DNA of 64,000 nucleotides from Setoptus koraiensis (Eukaryota > Animalia > Arthropoda). How positions within the stretch are numbered: position 1 is the first letter of the stretch; each line of letters opens with the position of its first letter. The translations under genes were made by a program, and so were the position numbers. Location of the stretch: assembly GCA_048013815.1 (NCBI GenBank), contig CM106585.1, positions 2,480,001 to 2,544,000 on the forward strand, written 5' to 3'. The notes below the pieces were generated by a model, which saw only the letters and a program-made list of their open reading frames with translations, did no database searches and was not told the DNA's origin. This document shows positions 60,045 through 64,000 of this stretch, one piece after another.

Positions 60045-62628
60045 ATTGACTGTTTTCGTTTTATAACTTCGACTTGTAACTGTAAAAAAAACTTTACTTA
60101 TTGATTGTTGATTTATTGTCAACTTCTACTAATTTGTGTATGCTGAAATTAGTTGATTGAATGCTGTTCGTTGTTCAGAAAAACTTCGATATTTATACAT
60201 CCCTGAAATGAGAGAATATGAATGCAAAATGCGTGTAAAGAATTACAGTGTCACCAATTGAACTGCCGAAAGATTCAGTGTTATAAAAAGAGGGCCGGAC
60301 TTTTTGTCCGCCTCATTGTGGTTATTGTATTGTATTGTCAAGTGAACGTCGACTGAGGTCGAGAAGCCGATAAACAGCATATCGAAAAAAGAAAACAATC
60401 TTATGGCTGAATCTTCCAGATATGAACGATACCAACTGCAATTCAAATATCGGATCAGAGTCGTAAAAAGAAGCTGACAACTCGCTGTCTAATTGTCATA
60501 TGCATAAATGCAATGACATATCAGGACCAATACCATTAATAAATGTAATATATTGAAAGAGAAAGGCATGTGTACACGCATCCTTTGATTTATCCAAATC
60601 AATTAAGAGCGTCATTCTAGAGGAGTTTTGTTTTGTCCAAGGTGACAATTTTTCTTCTTGTTGCTCACCTGTATTATATCTAGAGAAGCCTGTACTGGCC
60701 TATCATCGCATCGATCATCAGCTCATTGATATTATCTATAGTACCCAAGGCCGATTGATACCCCTTTATTTTAGCAAGAAATCACCACATGAACACTCAC
60801 TGAAATGAATAGTCGGATCGGATGGGTAGTTGTTGAATGATCATGAGGCGGCAACTTCTTCTTCTTTCCTTTCAGATATAGTACTTGTTGAATATGTGTC
60901 AATAAAGAGCTTAATAATTGATTATTATAGCTAGTACATCATTACGAGAGAATATCAAGCAAATGTAACGTTAAATCGAGAGTCAAATACAAGCAAGTGC
61001 AAATATACAGACACATAAATATCTAGAATATAAATATCTGTAAATAAATTGAATCGAATGTCCAAATTGAGAATCATGGGTAGGCACCTCATAAGAAAGA
61101 TGATGTTACTAATAGTTTTATTACCACCCACCAACTAGCACAACTGGCTAACCTACCGACCGGTTAAATATTAAATGATCATGATTAAAATCACTCAGAC
61201 AAGTCGCTCTTATAAAACAACTAAATGACTGTCAGCTTATTGACTATCCATTACAATTAGTATTATTCGTTCTTCTACCCTTCCGTAGCAACAATGGCTG
61301 TGAGTGATATACACGGCATGTCTATATATACATTAATATAAATACAAACATAACTTTACATTGCAACTTATAATCTCTTGAACCTGATATAAATGTGTTT
61401 GAATGTTTGAATAAGAAAGAAGCTCTCACTCGTTGTCTCCTGTACCGGTACAGCAATGAGACGTGTTGAGTTTATTGCTACTTTTATCGCGGTAATACAA
61501 ATTTGCGATAGCAATCAGACTACTTAATGAACTTATCCACATTTAACGCCTCCAAACGGGCTCTCATCCCCTTTCTGAAAATTATTACTTTTATCAGTTT
61601 GCTTGTTCAGTCGATCTGGTTGCTGCTGTTATATTATGACAAATATTCAGTTGCCTCCACAAATGTATTGGATGAATTTCAACTTTGTCACTGAGTTTTT
61701 TATACATGTCAACAACATTTTATTATAAATTATGTGATTCCATTAATAATCATCTTCAAGCGATTGTATGACAAGCTAGACGCCTCCATATTGACTGGTC
61801 CGATGATCGAGGGGACCTTCACTATTGGTTTATTTGATCGACTATCAGTTAATGATTGGAAACTGAAAGATTGGACTGACTAGTGGCCCGGATCTCCTGC
61901 TCCATCTGATCTATCGTCAAGCACTCCCTTACAAATCATACCAAGAAAGCCCCCAACACTCAATCCGTGACTAACCGTGTTAGGTGACCCGAAAAAGAAA
62001 TTTCAATCGAAGCGCTTCCGCGCTCCCTGAAACTTTGTAGTTAAATCTCTCACCGAGATTCATCGCTCGAATGGATCTTCTGTTCTTAACATCACCGACT
62101 AACACGCTGAATTCAAGAAGCGATTTGAGGTAAATTCTTGCTCAGCAAAGTAGAAAAAAACAGTTGCAGCGGAAATGCAAGGCGAAAGCTTCCTCTCTGA
62201 GCGATGTAGCTACGCGCTGACCTTGACTTGACGCAAGTTGCGTGATTCTTTACAGCATTGGAAGTTTTAACAAACTGTCTCAACAAAATGTTGTTAACTA
62301 ACCATTTGAATGATACGATCTGCCTAGAAACAGATTGTCAAGTGTAATTAGAGACTGGCTGGCGCATCAAGAACATCATGTTCCCATTACAATGTGAAAG
62401 TTACAGGTAAACATCAACTTCATGTTGCGACTGTCGATGTTTTTCCTTCTCATTTGAGCTGTCTGTTTACACTGCTGCTTCAGATTTACATTGCGTGTCT
62501 TTTTGGGCTTGCTAATGAACCGTCAGCTGATTTAGACGTGAACAATTCACGACACAGAATCGCGTTGTCTCACAAAACAACAAAGAATCGCTCTCTTTGA
62601 CAAACCAGATAATTGTTGTACTGAAAAT

Positions 62629-63459
62629 ATGTCTAAATCCCCCAATGAATCTATCAAAGTTGAGCTTGCTGTCAATACTTTTGGCCTCGATGACGTCAAA
62701 AAATTGGAAACTCTACTAACCAAGGTAAGCAGCGATACAAGGATACGCCCAGACTACTCAGGAAACTTCCACATAGTACAATAAGTCGATTTGTGTTTCT
62801 TTTTTCTATTACAGATACAAGGACTCACCATTTATGATCTAGACCCCAGCAGCAAGACTATCACCTTGGATATCACTAAATCATGTCGATTGGGTATCAT
62901 TGATATTCAAACAAATATAGAAAATAACACTGGAATAACAACCGTTGTCAAAGGCGTTGGTACATCCCAATCAGCTGTCTCAGAGCTCAGACCATCGACT
63001 ATCGATCCAACGTCGGATGAGAATATCTTTGGTGTAATACGATTTAGCCAGTTGGGCAAAAAATGTTTTGTAGACGGCCTCATCGATGGATTCATACCTC
63101 ATTCTCAGAGTAAATTTTATTCTGTTGGTATTCATGAATATGGTGACTTGAGTGGTGAAAATTATGAAAATATTGGTGATTCAATAATAGAATTGGAAAA
63201 AGAGCTAGAAATATCGAATCAGGATAATGTGAAAAAATTAGCCATTCCTTTAAAGACAGAGATAGATGGTTGCAATTTAGGCACACTAATCGGACGAGCT
63301 GTAGCCGTTTGTGAAATCGGCGACGATAAGACTTGTGAAAAATTTGTCAGCGCCGGAATCATCTCTAGAGCTTCCACCATCAATAGCAATACCAAACAGA
63401 TCTGTGCTTGCTCTGGAAAAACAATTTGGCAAGAAAGACTAGAAAAGACTGGCAAATGA
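62629..63459 (+). CDS. CCS: Copper chaperone for superoxide dismutase; exons 62629-62724 and 62815-63459
   Basis: HMA-like N-domain (IKVELAV), SOD-like domain (GVIRFSQ, GIHEYGDLS, LIGRAVAV) and C-terminal AGIISRAS...NTKQICACSGKTIW CxC motif. Confidence 0.9.
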
Positions 63460-63818
63460 TATTGTCACTGGCTAAGGATCCAACATAATTATGGCTCTGG
63501 TTTTTCTTGTTTTTCTTGTAAATTGGCTTCGAAGGAGTTGAGCTAGATTTCTGTTTCATCTGCTCTTTACAATCAACACTCATTGTACTTTTAGTTTTCC
63601 GTTTGAGGTGAGGTCAATCGTATTGATTCATACATGATAGAGAACTAGATTGTCTGCAAAGAATAGTGCTGCTGGCAATACGCTCGCCTGCTTGGGCCAC
63701 TTCTCAATGGTTGGTAGCAAAGATCAAGTTCCTCAAGTTAGAATAGTTACTCTTTGGGATTATTAATGTTTGTAACAGTAGCTAGGCTAATTTAATGAAA
63801 ATAACTAGGTACAGCATT

Positions 63819-64000
63819 TCAATTGTTAGTATTGTGTTCGGAGTTGAGCTCTATCTCGATATAGCTTGTCGGCACAAAACCAATGAAATCTTTGTCGTCT
63901 GGCTCAAAGACAACTCTGCGGACTCTGGTCCACCCATCACCCTGGTCTAATTCTATCACATCAAATATTTCACCTTCTGTCATGGAGATAGATCCCTCGG
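63819..64000 (-). CDS. Cip4: C-terminal SH3 domain of Cip4/FNBP1/Toca-1 (rest lies outside window)
   Basis: [28 protein letters not shown]...[10 protein letters not shown]. Confidence 0.85.
   Translation of the reverse strand, partial: EGSISMTEGEIFDVIELDQGDGWTRVRRVVFEPDDKDFIGFVPTSYIEIELNSEHNTNN

Noticed and set aside
61770-62270. Protein-looking frame upstream of CCS
   Set aside because: Stops occur about every 25 codons, as expected for random sequence, and there is no motif.

Overview
Eukaryotic, AT-rich, gene-dense window from a compact arthropod genome. The organism is probably a mite: this is inferred from the chelicerate-type cuticle protein, short introns and many intronless genes, and was not tested. 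About 21 protein-coding genes can be supported: G-alpha (5'-partial), ACADSB, GPN2, UBE2Q, troponin I, HPS5, NF-YB, Ars2/SRRT, two secreted DM4/DM12-like proteins, MGME1, a short SRCIN1/Sickle-tail homolog, hnRNP A/B, an SLC10 transporter, GTF2H2, RBBP5, PRIM2, cyclin A, ATF-2/7, a chitin-binding cuticle protein, CCS and the SH3 end of Cip4/FNBP1. Exons were assembled by eye from GT-AG signals and family motifs. No rRNA, tRNA, CRISPR array or intact transposon was recognised. The strongest unexplained structure is at 39.3-45.1 kb. There, a 50-bp repeat and a ~475-bp copy of the SLC10/GTF2H2 3' ends are joined at one junction, which fits a tandem duplication followed by reciprocal gene loss, with a 221-bp identical core suggesting gene conversion. 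Other notable points are an Ars2 lacking its cap-binding-complex tail, a G-alpha with a shortened C-terminus, a CCS without MxCxxC, surviving introns concentrated at 3' ends of genes, convergent genes with almost no spacer, and several hairpins in non-coding regions.
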